64,000 nt of DNA from Ignavibacteriota bacterium (GCA_003142475.1 PLMK01000025.1:24532-88531), one strand, 5' to 3'; positions 20,289 through 31,119 are shown, counted from the stretch's first letter. Notes: a model not told the origin generated them from the sequence alone. Made by a program: numbers and translations.

Positions 20289-23200
20289 ATGGGAATGAAT
20301 ATGAAGTTATGGACACGTTTTGCTAATACATGCATCCTGCTGTTCATCGTAAGTTGCATAACCATCGGGGGAGAACTAACAGATCAGCAGCGTTCAAAGC
20401 TTCATCCATTTTTTCAATCTGTTATAGCAAAATCATTTCCGCAATTATTGAAAACAACAACGGCACGCAATCGCATTGCCTCAACGGTAGTGAGCCAAGA
20501 TGCTTCCTTATATAAAGCCATAATATATACCCGCGACGCGGCGACTCTACGTTCAATGGGCATACAGGTAAATTCCGTCCTGCCCGATTTCGTTACAGCA
20601 CAGATTTCGGCATCAGACATGACACGACTTGTCGCTCTCGAAAGCGTAACATATTTAGATCCCGGCAATCTAAATTATCCTCAACTCGATGTCAGCATTC
20701 CTGAGACCGGTGCATCGCTTTTACATTCGGGATTCATCAACAGTACATCCTACAAAGGAAGTGGCGCAATTGTCCTTATTTACGACACCGGCATAGATTG
20801 GAAACACAAAGATTTTAGAAAAGCGGACACGACAAAATCGCGTATACTTTGCATTTGGGATCAAACGCTGACAAAAACAGGCAGCGAAGTAAATCCTTCC
20901 GGATTTTCTTACGGTGTTGAGTACACTCAAGCTCAAATTGAAGACGAACTTGACGGAACTCCTGCCGGATTTGTTCGCGAGATGGATATTAACGGACACG
21001 GAACGCACGTAGCAAGCACCGCAGCCGGAAACGGATTGTCATACAACAATAAATATATTGGTATGGCACCGGAAGCAGATATTATTGTGGTCAAGGGTGG
21101 GAATTCAAGCTTTGGCGAAACAGAAATGATCGATGGGTTGACGTATGCTCAGAATAAAGCTGCCGCATATGGCAAACCTCTTGTGGTAAATTGGAGCATT
21201 GGCGGCCATGACGGTCCGCATGACGGAACACGCCCATATGAAGTCGCAGTAAATAATTTTGTTTCTAATCCCGGCAGAGTTGTTTGTATTGCGGCAGGCA
21301 ATAATGGTTCAGACGCTATACATTTTTCAGGAACGGTTGCAAGCGAGTCACCTTCCAGTTTTTCGATCACGGTGCCGACATATACACCACATTCAGGACT
21401 CGACAATGATTATTTTTATTTCCCGATTTGGTGCCGAGATGGTCTGGCAGTTGATGTAACCGTATTATCACCTACAGGCGTCTCATATACGCGCACAGCT
21501 GGTTTAGTGGGCATAGGCATAGCGCCCTCGACAGTAGATGGAACTATCGAAGTTTCAAATTTAATAAGCTCTATGAATAATAACCGAGAGATAGAAGTTT
21601 ATGTACACGATGTAGACGCGAATGTCCCTAAGAGCGGAACGTGGACTATAACATTAACAATGACCAGCGGATCAGTTGTTTACGACACATGGCTTGAATA
21701 TTCTGACCTTGGAGGTTCAAATGCTACTCTTCCGGCCGGCAACACAAATGAAACAGTCGGTATGCCGGGTACAGCAAGCGGGGCAATCACAGTGGGCGCA
21801 TATGCATCTAAATGGTACTGGTACTCATACAATAATACTGGGCCATGGAATTATGGAACAGATCGAACCGACAATATTGCCACATTCAGCAGCATAGGTC
21901 CAACTGCCGATGGAAGGCAAAAACCAGACATCGCTGCTCCGGGTCAAATTATTGCTGCTGCACTTTCCTCGGGTGTGGATATAACAGGCAAAGCCACTTA
22001 CATCGTTACCGGACAGAAGCACCAAATTATGCAAGGTACCAGCATGGCTTGCCCGCATGTCACAGGCGGTACCGCTCTCTTACTCGGAGCGAATCCTTCT
22101 TTGACCGCCGCTCAAATTAAAATGCTCTATACCTCGACAGCCAACTCCGATTCGTATGCTATCGGACTTCCTAATTACATTTGGGGATATGGAAAGTTTG
22201 ACGTATTGGAGGCAATGGCAAAATCCATTGCTGCTGACGTAACAGTAACACGGACAACACTTGCGTATGATGGAACGGCATCAAGTACTTACCTGGATGT
22301 CACTGGTACAACAAAGATCGCTGTACGCTTTACTCCAACGACAACAGGAAAACTTACAGGCATTCAAGTGTACATCTCGTCGCTCCCCAGTCCAATCATT
22401 GGCAGCGGTCCGCTCGTTTGCGAAGTATATACTGACAATGCAGGACTTCCAGGAACAAAAATCGGAAACAGTGTCAATCAACCGTTCACACTACTTTCTC
22501 CCTATACCAACAATTATATACAAATGCTTTCGGCGAACGCGACCGTCACAGCGGGAACAGATTATCAGATAGTTCTCTCTGTGGCAAATAGTAGCGACGA
22601 TGTCAAAGTTCTCGCTGAGGGAGTTACGGGGACACATTCTTCTGTATTTAATGGTTCATCATGGACCGCACAAACAGCATTCAATCTCCGTATTCGCTCC
22701 ATCGTCACTTCTACGACTGGTATCTTTCCCGTGGAACTCGTATCATTATCGGCGACAACTAAAGGAAGGAATGTTTCTCTCCATTGGTTAACTATAACCG
22801 AGGTCAATAATTTTGGTTTTGACGTAGAGCGAAGACAGTCTGGAATAAATCTTCAGTGGGCAAAAGTTGGTTTCATGCCTGGGTATGGTACGAGCAACAT
22901 CTCACACGATTACTTCTTCATCGATAGTTCATTTAGTATCGGTAATTTTGTTTATCGCTTAAAACAAATAGATAACGACGGTGTATGGAAGTATTCTAAT
23001 TCTATCGAAGTATCTAATGATATTCCACTTACATTTGCGTTATCTCAGAATTATCCAAATCCGTTTAACCCAAGCACAACGATTAAATATACAATCCCAG
23101 CTGTAAGCAATGTTACATTGAAGATATTCAACTTGCTCGGCCAGGTTGTCACAACCTTGGTTGACGAAAGACAGGAAGCTAATACATATGTGAAGGAATT

Positions 23201-23291
23201 TGATGCTTCCAAGTTGTCTTCTGGAATTTACTTCTATCAGATCAGTGCCGGCAGCTTCAATGCCACAAAGAAGATGATTCTGCTGAAATAA
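20289..23291 (+). CDS. S8 family serine peptidase with T9SS C-terminal sorting domain (tandem paralogue)
   Basis: The same D/H/S motif contexts (LIYDTGIDW, HGTHVASTAAG, GTSMACPHVTG). It is collinear with the upstream S8 over the whole length and has a T9SS CTD at the end. Confidence 0.9.
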   Translation: MGMNMKLWTRFANTCILLFIVSCITIGGELTDQQRSKLHPFFQSVIAKSFPQLLKTTTARNRIASTVVSQDASLYKAIIYTRDAATLRSMGIQVNSVLPDFVTAQISASDMTRLVALESVTYLDPGNLNYPQLDVSIPETGASLLHSGFINSTSYKGSGAIVLIYDTGIDWKHKDFRKADTTKSRILCIWDQTLTKTGSEVNPSGFSYGVEYTQAQIEDELDGTPAGFVREMDINGHGTHVASTAAGNGLSYNNKYIGMAPEADIIVVKGGNSSFGETEMIDGLTYAQNKAAAYGKPLVVNWSIGGHDGPHDGTRPYEVAVNNFVSNPGRVVCIAAGNNGSDAIHFSGTVASESPSSFSITVPTYTPHSGLDNDYFYFPIWCRDGLAVDVTVLSPTGVSYTRTAGLVGIGIAPSTVDGTIEVSNLISSMNNNREIEVYVHDVDANVPKSGTWTITLTMTSGSVVYDTWLEYSDLGGSNATLPAGNTNETVGMPGTASGAITVGAYASKWYWYSYNNTGPWNYGTDRTDNIATFSSIGPTADGRQKPDIAAPGQIIAAALSSGVDITGKATYIVTGQKHQIMQGTSMACPHVTGGTALLLGANPSLTAAQIKMLYTSTANSDSYAIGLPNYIWGYGKFDVLEAMAKSIAADVTVTRTTLAYDGTASSTYLDVTGTTKIAVRFTPTTTGKLTGIQVYISSLPSPIIGSGPLVCEVYTDNAGLPGTKIGNSVNQPFTLLSPYTNNYIQMLSANATVTAGTDYQIVLSVANSSDDVKVLAEGVTGTHSSVFNGSSWTAQTAFNLRIRSIVTSTTGIFPVELVSLSATTKGRNVSLHWLTITEVNNFGFDVERRQSGINLQWAKVGFMPGYGTSNISHDYFFIDSSFSIGNFVYRLKQIDNDGVWKYSNSIEVSNDIPLTFALSQNYPNPFNPSTTIKYTIPAVSNVTLKIFNLLGQVVTTLVDERQEANTYVKEFDASKLSSGIYFYQISAGSFNATKKMILLK

Positions 23292-23320
23292 TACTCGCTG
23301 TAAACTATTTATTAGAAAGC

Positions 23321-23355
23321 CCTGCCACATTTATGTGACAGGGTTTTTGCTTTTT
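23321..23355 (+). terminator. rho-independent terminator
   Basis: ccctgccaca-tttatg-tgacaggg hairpin (one mismatch) followed by TTTTTGCTTTTTT, 30 nt after the S8 stop. Confidence 0.7.
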
Positions 23356-23417
23356 TCTCAAGTTGCCATTCTTCATGGGCTTCATTATATTAAGTCATCT
23401 AAGGTCAGGATAGCCCA

Positions 23418-24089
23418 ATGAAATCAGTTACTCTTCGCGGCACCGATAAATTCTATCCAGTAGGCAAGATCATTTGTCTCGGACAGAATTATGCTGAGCA
23501 TGCCAAGGAGTTGAAATTTGAAGTTCCCGCATCCCCTGTATTCTTCTTGAAACCTCCAAGCGCAATCATATATGAAGGCGGGCAAATTGTTCTTCCTGAG
23601 ATATCGAATGAAGTCCACCACGAAGTTGAAATGACCATTTTGATAGGTGAAAAAGGAAACAACATCCACCGCTGTGCCGCTTTGAAGCATGTTGCAGGAT
23701 ATGGAATTGGGCTCGATATGACAATGCGTGATATCCAGAATGAAGCGAAGAAAAAAGGACTTCCGTGGGCGCTTGCAAAAGGGTTTGATACTTCCGCTCC
23801 TGTTTCGGAATTTATTCCGGCCGAGACAATCGGCGATCCGGGCTCACTTAATATCCAATTGTTCATCAACGGAAAACTCCGGCAGTCGTCCAGCACGAGC
23901 AAATTTGTATTCCCTGTCGATAAAGTTATCTCCTACATTTCGCAGTTCATCACATTTGAACCTGGAGATATTATTTTCACCGGTACGCCGGAAGGTGTCT
24001 CACGCGTTGAGCATGGTGATAAATTAGAAGCTTCATTGCTTGATGCAAATAAAAATAAATTAGTATCTTTATCTGTAAGTGTGCAGTAG
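23418..24089 (+). CDS. fumarylacetoacetate hydrolase (FAH) family protein
   Basis: 223 aa single-domain FAH fold signature (..ILIGEKG...GYGIGLDMT.RD.Q...). Confidence 0.8.
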   Translation: MKSVTLRGTDKFYPVGKIICLGQNYAEHAKELKFEVPASPVFFLKPPSAIIYEGGQIVLPEISNEVHHEVEMTILIGEKGNNIHRCAALKHVAGYGIGLDMTMRDIQNEAKKKGLPWALAKGFDTSAPVSEFIPAETIGDPGSLNIQLFINGKLRQSSSTSKFVFPVDKVISYISQFITFEPGDIIFTGTPEGVSRVEHGDKLEASLLDANKNKLVSLSVSVQ

Positions 24090-24172
24090 AGATAAAACGA
24101 GAGTTGATTAAAGATAAAAGAAACCAGATTGCGAATTACTGACAACTAATAACTGATTGCTGAAAGTTTTTT

Positions 24173-24982
24173 TTGACTAAAATTATAACTATAGCGATTC
24201 CGAAAGGCGGCGTCGGGAAAACAACGACGGCAGTGAATCTTGCCGCAAGTTTCGCCGCACTCGAAAAACGCGTTCTACTCATCGACACGGATCCATTTGG
24301 TGCATGCAGTATGTCGCTCGGTTTCACACCTGAGAAAACCAAAGGTGGATTATATGAAGTTTTCAACTTCATGCACTCGATGGCGCAGGTGATTCACCGA
24401 ACGGAACTTCCATTCTTGGATTTCGTTCCCACAAACATTACTTCGCCGCAAGCGGAAGAGCGTATGATGCGTATTGCTGAAAATCGCACGTTATTGAAAA
24501 ACATCCTCCGCACTATCGCACCGCACTATGATTATGTCGTTATAGATACACCGCCGTTTCTGCGCGGGTTAACAACCAACGCGCTCACTTGCGCTGATTC
24601 TGTACTCATACCAATTAAATCCGGACATTTCTCGCTTGAAGGTATTGATAAACTTTTGAAGTACTTCGACTGGATTCGCGAAGCCGCAAATAAAACTCTG
24701 CAAATTGAAGGCATTCTTCAAACGATGTACGAACCGCACACGAAGGTTGCAGAAATTACCGACCGCGAATTGTTAATACGTTTCCGCAAGTACTTGATCA
24801 AAACAACCATTCCGAAGAATACACATTTAGCGGAAGCATCTTTTTATGGAAAACCCGCTGTGCTCTTCAATGCTGCATCGAAAGGCACGCTGGCATATTT
24901 GGAACTTGCAAGAGAACTGATCGATCGACACACAGCGGCACTGCCCCAGACATCAATTACTACTCAAGTCCAATCTGCATAA
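24173..24982 (+). CDS. ParA/Soj-family P-loop ATPase (orphan)
   Basis: Deviant Walker A AIPKGGVGKTTTAVNLA. TTG start at 24173. No parB/parS seen nearby. Confidence 0.8.
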   Translation: MTKIITIAIPKGGVGKTTTAVNLAASFAALEKRVLLIDTDPFGACSMSLGFTPEKTKGGLYEVFNFMHSMAQVIHRTELPFLDFVPTNITSPQAEERMMRIAENRTLLKNILRTIAPHYDYVVIDTPPFLRGLTTNALTCADSVLIPIKSGHFSLEGIDKLLKYFDWIREAANKTLQIEGILQTMYEPHTKVAEITDRELLIRFRKYLIKTTIPKNTHLAEASFYGKPAVLFNAASKGTLAYLELARELIDRHTAALPQTSITTQVQSA

Positions 24983-25100
24983 GTTTCAGCATTCTCTCTA
25001 CTGTCGTTGATTTCATCCCCCTTTTTTCGTTAATTAATTATATATGATAAATTTTGGGTAGCAACGTGCCACCCTTTTCTACACAATATGCAGAATCCGT

Positions 25101-27848
25101 ATGAGTGTCCAAGAACTTTCCAAGACATATAATCCAAAAGATGTTGAAGACAAATGGTATTCCTGGTGGGAATCGAATCATCTCTTCCACGCTACCGTGA
25201 ATAAAGATAAGGCGCCGTACACCATCGTTATTCCGCCGCCAAACATCACCGGCATTTTAACTATGGGACATGTGCTGAATAATACTCTGCAAGATGTGTT
25301 TGTTCGATGGAAAAGAATGCAAGGATTCGAAGCATGTTGGATTCCCGGAACCGACCATGCCGGTATAGCGACACAGAACGCCGTTGAAAAATCTCTTGCC
25401 AAAGAAGGCAAGCATCGCCATGATCTTGGACGCGAGAAGTTCATTGAACTTGTATGGCAATGGCGCGAAAAATATGGCAGCACCATTATTCGGCAACTGC
25501 GTAAACTCGGCGTCTCTTGCGATTGGGAACGTGAACGATTCACTATGGATGAAGGATTGTCGAATGCAGTAAAAGAAGTCTTCATACGGTTATTTGATAA
25601 GGGACTTATTTATCGCGGCAAGTACATCGTCAACTGGTGTCCGCAGCATCAAACCGCACTCAGCGACGATGAGGTTGATCATGCGGAATCAAACGGCAAT
25701 CTCTATTATATAAAATATCCGATTGTCGGATCAGATGAGCATGCTATCATCGCTACAACGCGGCCGGAAACAATGCTCGGCGATACTGCACTTTGCGTCC
25801 ATCCCAAAGATGAACGATACAAACATTTGATTGGCAAGACGGCAATTTTGCCAATTGTTGGGCGCAAACTTCCAATCATTGCCGATGATTATATCGATCT
25901 GAGCTTCGGCACCGGTGTCATGAAAGTGACACCCGCGCATGACACCAACGACTTCCTTCTTGGCCAGCGGCATGAACTTCCACAATTGAACATATTTGAT
26001 GAAACTGCACACCTGAATTCTTCTGTACCAAAAGAGTATGAAGGAATGGATCGGTTTGACTGCCGCGCACAGCTTGTAAAAGATTTAGAAGCGAAAAACT
26101 TTTTATTAAAGGTCGAACCGTATGTGCACAACATCGGCAAATGCTATCGTTGTCACACTATCATCGAACCCTGGCTGTCGGATCAATGGTTTGTAAAAAT
26201 GAAACCTCTTGCCGCACCGGCATTGCGTGTAGTGCACGAAGGTAAAGTGCAGTTCCATCCGGACCGCTGGACGAAAGTGTATGAACACTGGATGACAAAC
26301 ATCCGTGACTGGTGTATCTCACGCCAGATCTGGTGGGGGCATCGCATTCCTGTATATTATGCACCGAACGGCAACTATGTCCCGGCACGCAACGAAGAAG
26401 AAGCACGCAAAAAGCTCGGTCTTGCTGCGGATGTCCCGATTCGTCAAGATGAAGATGTGTTAGACACTTGGTTCTCCTCATGGCTTTGGCCTTTCTCTAC
26501 GCTCGGCTGGCCGGAAGATAATGCAGATCTGCATTATTTCAATCCAACCAACACACTCGTCACCGCACCCGATATTATTTTCTTCTGGGTTGCACGGATG
26601 ATTATGGCGAATATGGAATTTATGAAAGGGACGCCGGGACGAGACGGCAAACCTCGTAAAAAAGATGACGACTTGATTCCCTTCCGTGACGTGTACTTTA
26701 CCAGCATCATTCGCGACGAACAGGGACGTAAAATGAGCAAGTCGCTCGGTAATTCGCCTGACCCGCTCGACGTCATCGATCAGTATGGCGCTGACGCACT
26801 CCGCTTCACCATCGCATACCTTTCTCCGCTCGGTCAGGATGTACTGTTCGCATCAGAAAAATGCGACCTTGGCCGTAACTTCGCAAATAAAATCTGGAAC
26901 GCCGGCCGTTTTCTTTTGATGAATAAACGGGAAATCATCGGTAATGATAATGTCTCGATCGACAAACTGCCGATAGAAAATCTCGATCTTGCGGATCGGT
27001 GGATTCTCTCCCGGCTTAATCACGCCATCAAATCATTCAACACGTCACTCGACCAATTCCATGTCAACGAAGCAACAAAACTGATCTATGATTTTATATG
27101 GCATGATTTTTGTGATTGGTATGTGGAGATGGTGAAAACGCGCTTCTATGGTGACGAACCGAAGGAAGTGAAAACTGCTGTTGTAATACGAGCACTTTGG
27201 ATTTTCGATCAAGCACTTCGATTGATGCATCCGGTGATGCCATTCATTTCGGAAGAATTGTGGCAGAATTTGAGCGACCGCAAAGGGCAATCACTCGTAC
27301 GCGCCGCCTTCCCGAATGTCAATGAGCATTACATCAATCAAACGGTTGAAGATGAATTGAATTTTATCATCAAAGTCGTCGAAGCGGTACGGAATATCCG
27401 CGGCGAGTTGAATGTTGCGCCGTCAAAACAAATTGAAATACATATGCATCTTCACGGCGAACTTGCAGAGAGACTTTCCATCGATGTAAATGCGATGCAA
27501 GGTCTCTTAAACTATCTCGACCGACTCTGCCACGCAAAGACGGTGCCAACATGGGCACAGGACTCCGTAAAATTCGAACGCCCCAAAGCGTCAGCCAGTG
27601 CCGTAGTTGATGGAACCGAAATTTTTATTCCTCTCGCAGGAATTATTGATCTTGATGCCGAACGAAAACGCTTGGAAAAAGAAATCGCGCGCCTGCAAGG
27701 ATTAATCGACAGCATTGGGAATAAATTAGCAAACAATAGTTTCATTGAGCGTGCACCAAAAGATGTTATAGAAAAAGAACGCGAGAAACAGAAATATATC
27801 ACTATGAATATGGAAAAGCTAAAAGATAGTTTGAAGCAATTAAACTGA
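25101..27848 (+). CDS. valS: valine--tRNA ligase
   Basis: HIGH-type motif (PPPNITGILTMGHVLN) and KMSKS. 915 aa with a C-terminal coiled-coil. Confidence 0.95.
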   Translation: MSVQELSKTYNPKDVEDKWYSWWESNHLFHATVNKDKAPYTIVIPPPNITGILTMGHVLNNTLQDVFVRWKRMQGFEACWIPGTDHAGIATQNAVEKSLAKEGKHRHDLGREKFIELVWQWREKYGSTIIRQLRKLGVSCDWERERFTMDEGLSNAVKEVFIRLFDKGLIYRGKYIVNWCPQHQTALSDDEVDHAESNGNLYYIKYPIVGSDEHAIIATTRPETMLGDTALCVHPKDERYKHLIGKTAILPIVGRKLPIIADDYIDLSFGTGVMKVTPAHDTNDFLLGQRHELPQLNIFDETAHLNSSVPKEYEGMDRFDCRAQLVKDLEAKNFLLKVEPYVHNIGKCYRCHTIIEPWLSDQWFVKMKPLAAPALRVVHEGKVQFHPDRWTKVYEHWMTNIRDWCISRQIWWGHRIPVYYAPNGNYVPARNEEEARKKLGLAADVPIRQDEDVLDTWFSSWLWPFSTLGWPEDNADLHYFNPTNTLVTAPDIIFFWVARMIMANMEFMKGTPGRDGKPRKKDDDLIPFRDVYFTSIIRDEQGRKMSKSLGNSPDPLDVIDQYGADALRFTIAYLSPLGQDVLFASEKCDLGRNFANKIWNAGRFLLMNKREIIGNDNVSIDKLPIENLDLADRWILSRLNHAIKSFNTSLDQFHVNEATKLIYDFIWHDFCDWYVEMVKTRFYGDEPKEVKTAVVIRALWIFDQALRLMHPVMPFISEELWQNLSDRKGQSLVRAAFPNVNEHYINQTVEDELNFIIKVVEAVRNIRGELNVAPSKQIEIHMHLHGELAERLSIDVNAMQGLLNYLDRLCHAKTVPTWAQDSVKFERPKASASAVVDGTEIFIPLAGIIDLDAERKRLEKEIARLQGLIDSIGNKLANNSFIERAPKDVIEKEREKQKYITMNMEKLKDSLKQLN

Positions 27849-27862
27849 AATTAAATTTTACT

Positions 27863-28246
27863 TTGGACTTGCTTATGTATACAGTCACAATAGAAACGGA
27901 ATTCTCCGCCGCACATATCATCCGCGGATATAACGGCCCATGTTCACATCCTCATGGACATAATTGGAAAGTTATAGTCGAAGCTAAAACCGATGTTCTT
28001 GATAATCTCGGGATGAGTGTCGATTTCTATGTGCTTGAGAAAAAAACGGAAGAAATTGTTGCACAATTCGATCACCGCGATTTGAACACTACTCCGCCTT
28101 TCGACCAAGCTCTTAATCCAACGTCAGAAAATATTGCGCGATATATTTTCGATGAATTGAAAAAACATTTGCCCGCACAAATAAAACTATCATTCGTGGC
28201 AATTGGTGAAACGGGAAAATACACAGCAAAGTATTCAGAGACTTAG
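27863..28246 (+). CDS. queD: 6-carboxy-5,6,7,8-tetrahydropterin synthase
   Basis: MYTVTIETEFSAAHIIRGYNGPCSHPHGHNWKV with the CxxxHGH zinc motif. Confidence 0.85.
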   Translation: MDLLMYTVTIETEFSAAHIIRGYNGPCSHPHGHNWKVIVEAKTDVLDNLGMSVDFYVLEKKTEEIVAQFDHRDLNTTPPFDQALNPTSENIARYIFDELKKHLPAQIKLSFVAIGETGKYTAKYSET

Positions 28247-28270
28247 CGAAATGTCAGCGCTTCAACGACC

Positions 28271-28930
28271 ATGACATCACCTTCACCAGACACTCTCTTC
28301 ATCAATGAAATTTTCTTTAGCATCCAAGGCGAATCGACGCGCATTGGACTGCCGTGTGTATTCGTTCGATTAACTTCATGTGACCTCCGTTGTGCTTGGT
28401 GCGATACAGCTTATGCCTTCGATGAAGGCACAGAAATGAGTATTGATGTAATTTTAAAAAAAGTAGAAGAATATAAATGCAAGCTCATTGAAATCACAGG
28501 CGGCGAACCGCTTCTTCAGGAAAATGTTCACCTCTTAATGAAACGCCTTTGCGATGAACGCTATGATGTCATGATTGAAACTGGCGGTCATCGGGATATC
28601 AGCGGTATTGATTCACGCGTAAAACGTATTATGGATATCAAGTGTCCCGGCAGTTTGATGGAAAAGCGTAATCGCTGGGAAAACATTAAATTGCTTACGG
28701 CAAAAGATGAAGTGAAGTTTGTCATCGCTGATGAAACCGATTACAAGTGGGCAAAGGAAGTCATTCAAAAGTATAGCCTGACAGCACGGTGCACCATTCT
28801 CATGTCGCCTGTGTTTGGCAATATAGAAAATCATACTTTAGCAGAGTGGATTTTACGCGATCATCTTCGTGTGCAGTTTCAGCTACAGATACACAAATAT
28901 ATTTGGGATCCGACAACAAGAGGAGTATAA
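28271..28930 (+). CDS. queE: 7-carboxy-7-deazaguanine synthase (radical SAM)
   Basis: [10 protein letters not shown] cluster motif. Position in the que operon. Confidence 0.85.
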   Translation: MTSPSPDTLFINEIFFSIQGESTRIGLPCVFVRLTSCDLRCAWCDTAYAFDEGTEMSIDVILKKVEEYKCKLIEITGGEPLLQENVHLLMKRLCDERYDVMIETGGHRDISGIDSRVKRIMDIKCPGSLMEKRNRWENIKLLTAKDEVKFVIADETDYKWAKEVIQKYSLTARCTILMSPVFGNIENHTLAEWILRDHLRVQFQLQIHKYIWDPTTRGV

Positions 28931-28931
28931 A

Positions 28932-29291
28932 ATGAATCCAATCGACAAACTTGAAACATTCGACAACAAATATCCAGCCCGCGATTATACCGTCACGATA
29001 GTGAATCCCGAATTTACATCTGTCTGTCCAAAAACCGGTTTACCTGATTTCGGTACAATCACAATCAACTATATCCCCAATAAAAAATGTGTAGAATTGA
29101 AATCGTTGAAATACTATTTTCTTGAGTATCGTTCTATGGGAATATTTTATGAGACAGTCACTAATAAAATTCTGGATGACATGGTGACAATGTTGAAACC
29201 GAAATGGATTGAAGTGATCGGATCATTTACAGCTCGCGGCGGCATTTCTACAACTGTCAAAACCGTTCACTCAGAAAAAGGAAAGCGTTAA
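28932..29291 (+). CDS. queF: NADPH-dependent 7-cyano-7-deazaguanine reductase
   Basis: Trimmed to [10 protein letters not shown] with an AGGAGTA SD 5 nt upstream. [23 protein letters not shown] is the QueF Cys/GTP-cyclohydrolase-like fold motif. Confidence 0.85.
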   Translation: MNPIDKLETFDNKYPARDYTVTIVNPEFTSVCPKTGLPDFGTITINYIPNKKCVELKSLKYYFLEYRSMGIFYETVTNKILDDMVTMLKPKWIEVIGSFTARGGISTTVKTVHSEKGKR

Positions 29292-29296
29292 ACTAA

Positions 29297-30001
29297 ATGA
29301 GTAAGTCACGCGCAGTTGTACTGGTGAGCGGAGGAATGGATAGCTGCGTAACTGCTGCTATTGCCAATCTTCAATACGAATTAGCTTTTTTGCATGTAAA
29401 TTATGGGCAACGGACAGAGCAGCGTGAATTGAAAGCGTTTTATGCACTTGCCAAACATTACGGCGTTCAACAGCGGTTGATTGCTGATTTGACGCATCTT
29501 AAATCCATTGGTGGGTCCAGTCTCACCGACATGCACATGGAAGTGACTGAAGCAAATCCGGAAATACTCTTTCATTCTAAGAAAAATGATATTCCAACTT
29601 CATATGTTCCATTTCGGAATGCCAACATTTTATCTACCGCAGTAAGCTGGGCGGAAGTCATAGGGGCGAAACACATATTCATCGGCGCAGTGGAAGAAGA
29701 TAGTTCCGGTTATCCCGATTGCCGAAAAGAATTCTACGATGCCTTCAACACCGTTATTGACTTAGGAACGAAACCTAAAACGAAGATTTTAATCAGTACT
29801 CCTGTTATCAATCTAAGAAAATCTGAAATTGTAAATCGCGGCATAGAATTGAATGCTCCCTTTGAATTAACATGGTCATGCTATACAAGAGAAGATAAAG
29901 CGTGTGGTGTTTGCGATAGTTGTGCTTTACGTTTACATGCATTCCAAGTGGCAGGAGTAGAAGATCCAATTCCATATTTACAACGGCCGCAATATACATA
30001 A
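29297..30001 (+). CDS. queC: 7-cyano-7-deazaguanine synthase
   Basis: [15 protein letters not shown]-loop and a C-terminal zinc Cys cluster ([10 protein letters not shown]). Confidence 0.9.
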   Translation: MSKSRAVVLVSGGMDSCVTAAIANLQYELAFLHVNYGQRTEQRELKAFYALAKHYGVQQRLIADLTHLKSIGGSSLTDMHMEVTEANPEILFHSKKNDIPTSYVPFRNANILSTAVSWAEVIGAKHIFIGAVEEDSSGYPDCRKEFYDAFNTVIDLGTKPKTKILISTPVINLRKSEIVNRGIELNAPFELTWSCYTREDKACGVCDSCALRLHAFQVAGVEDPIPYLQRPQYT

Positions 30002-30006
30002 TATTA

Positions 30007-30040
30007 AGTCATCCTGAGCGCAGCGAAGGATCTTCTTAGC
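30007..30040. repeat. left terminal inverted repeat of GIY-YIG cassette
   Basis: See the mobile_element entry. The outer 13 bp match 11/13 and the inner 11 bp match 10/11 with the right end. Confidence 0.5.
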
Positions 30041-30042
30041 AC

Positions 30043-30339
30043 ATGAAACAGTTTTATGTATATATTATGTCAAATCGTAAGCATGGAACCATCTATACTG
30101 GAATGACCAATGATCTTGAACGTCGGGTATTAGAACATAAGAAAAAGCTGGTTGATGGATTCACAAAAAAGTACAATCTAACTAAACTTGTTTATTTCGA
30201 AGACACAAACTCTGCATTATCAACAATTGAGCGAGAAAAACAAATCAAAGGTTGGCTGAGATCAAAAAAAGTAGCGCTTATTGAAGCACAAAATCCAGAA
30301 TGGAACGATTTAAGTCATGGTTGGTATAATGATTTATAA
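30043..30339 (+). CDS. GIY-YIG nuclease family protein
   Basis: YVYIMSNRKHGTIYTGMTNDLERRVLEHK gives the GIY...YIG motif plus the conserved Arg and Glu. Confidence 0.85.
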   Translation: MKQFYVYIMSNRKHGTIYTGMTNDLERRVLEHKKKLVDGFTKKYNLTKLVYFEDTNSALSTIEREKQIKGWLRSKKVALIEAQNPEWNDLSHGWYNDL

Positions 30340-30341
30340 TT

Positions 30342-30386
30342 TTAAGAAGATTCTTCTCCCGACTTGTGGTCGGGATCAGAATGACT
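30342..30386. repeat. right terminal inverted repeat of GIY-YIG cassette (contains cccgacttgtggtcggg hairpin)
   Basis: Reverse complement aligns with the left repeat. The internal 17-nt perfect hairpin is at 30358-30374. Confidence 0.5.
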
Positions 30387-30489
30387 AATTATGTTTCCAG
30401 CAGAAATACTTCGCAATATTCTCAAACTATTTCAGCTCCTTTCGCGGGGGTTTAAATCTAGTTTCTCTCTCAATCCATCGGAGAAAAGT

Positions 30490-31119
30490 ATGAATCAATC
30501 CGGTGCAAATCGACCCATTCCGGTCGCCCATCGTAACACATGTCCGCACTGTAAACTTGATATTCCGGACGGCGCGCGCGTATGCCATCACTGCCATCAA
30601 TTCGTCAGTGTGAGATTCAATCTCGCAAACATTATTACCATCATCGTATCTGTTGCTGCGGTATCTATGTCGGTGTACTCGCTCTATATGACAGCTACGC
30701 AGGCACAGATATCAAAGCAAATTGAGAGTCGTCGCTTCCTGATCGAGACGCTTCATAATATGCAGCAAATACAAGATGATTTACAAATGTCGCGTGGAAA
30801 TCCCAGTGGTGAAGACAATTTGAACGAAAAACAAATTTTACTTTTAAATTATTACCAAGTGCTCTCACGGACATTAGTGCAGTATATCAAACAAGATCCG
30901 GGATTATTTGTGAAAATGCGCTGCACATACGAACCTTCCATCCGTCTAAGGCAAAATCCCTCAACAAAATCCAAGCAACTTGGAACGGTATACAAAGATG
31001 AAGAAGTTTATAGACTTGGAAATTTTACGGATGGAAAAGGTGATATGTGGTATTACGTTGCCAGTGCTGACCAACAAAAGATCGGTTGGATTTATAAGTA
31101 TCTAGAAATAGTACAGTAG
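30490..31119 (+). CDS. zinc-ribbon / single-TM / C-terminal SH3-like hypothetical protein
   Basis: CPHCK...CHHCHQF zinc ribbon at the N-terminus, then a TM helix. A GGAG SD precedes the ATG at 30490. The longer 30391 start abuts the cassette repeat and has no SD. Confidence 0.45.
   Translation: MNQSGANRPIPVAHRNTCPHCKLDIPDGARVCHHCHQFVSVRFNLANIITIIVSVAAVSMSVYSLYMTATQAQISKQIESRRFLIETLHNMQQIQDDLQMSRGNPSGEDNLNEKQILLLNYYQVLSRTLVQYIKQDPGLFVKMRCTYEPSIRLRQNPSTKSKQLGTVYKDEEVYRLGNFTDGKGDMWYYVASADQQKIGWIYKYLEIVQ

Larger units (their letters stand above)
30007..30386 (+). mobile_element. GIY-YIG nuclease mini-cassette bounded by imperfect inverted repeats
   Basis: Left end AGTCATCCTGAGC...GGATCTTCTTAGC (30007-30040). 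The reverse-complement of the right end (30342-30386) reads AGTCATTCTGATC...GAATCTTCTTAA. The two ends enclose only the 98-aa GIY-YIG ORF. Confidence 0.5.
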
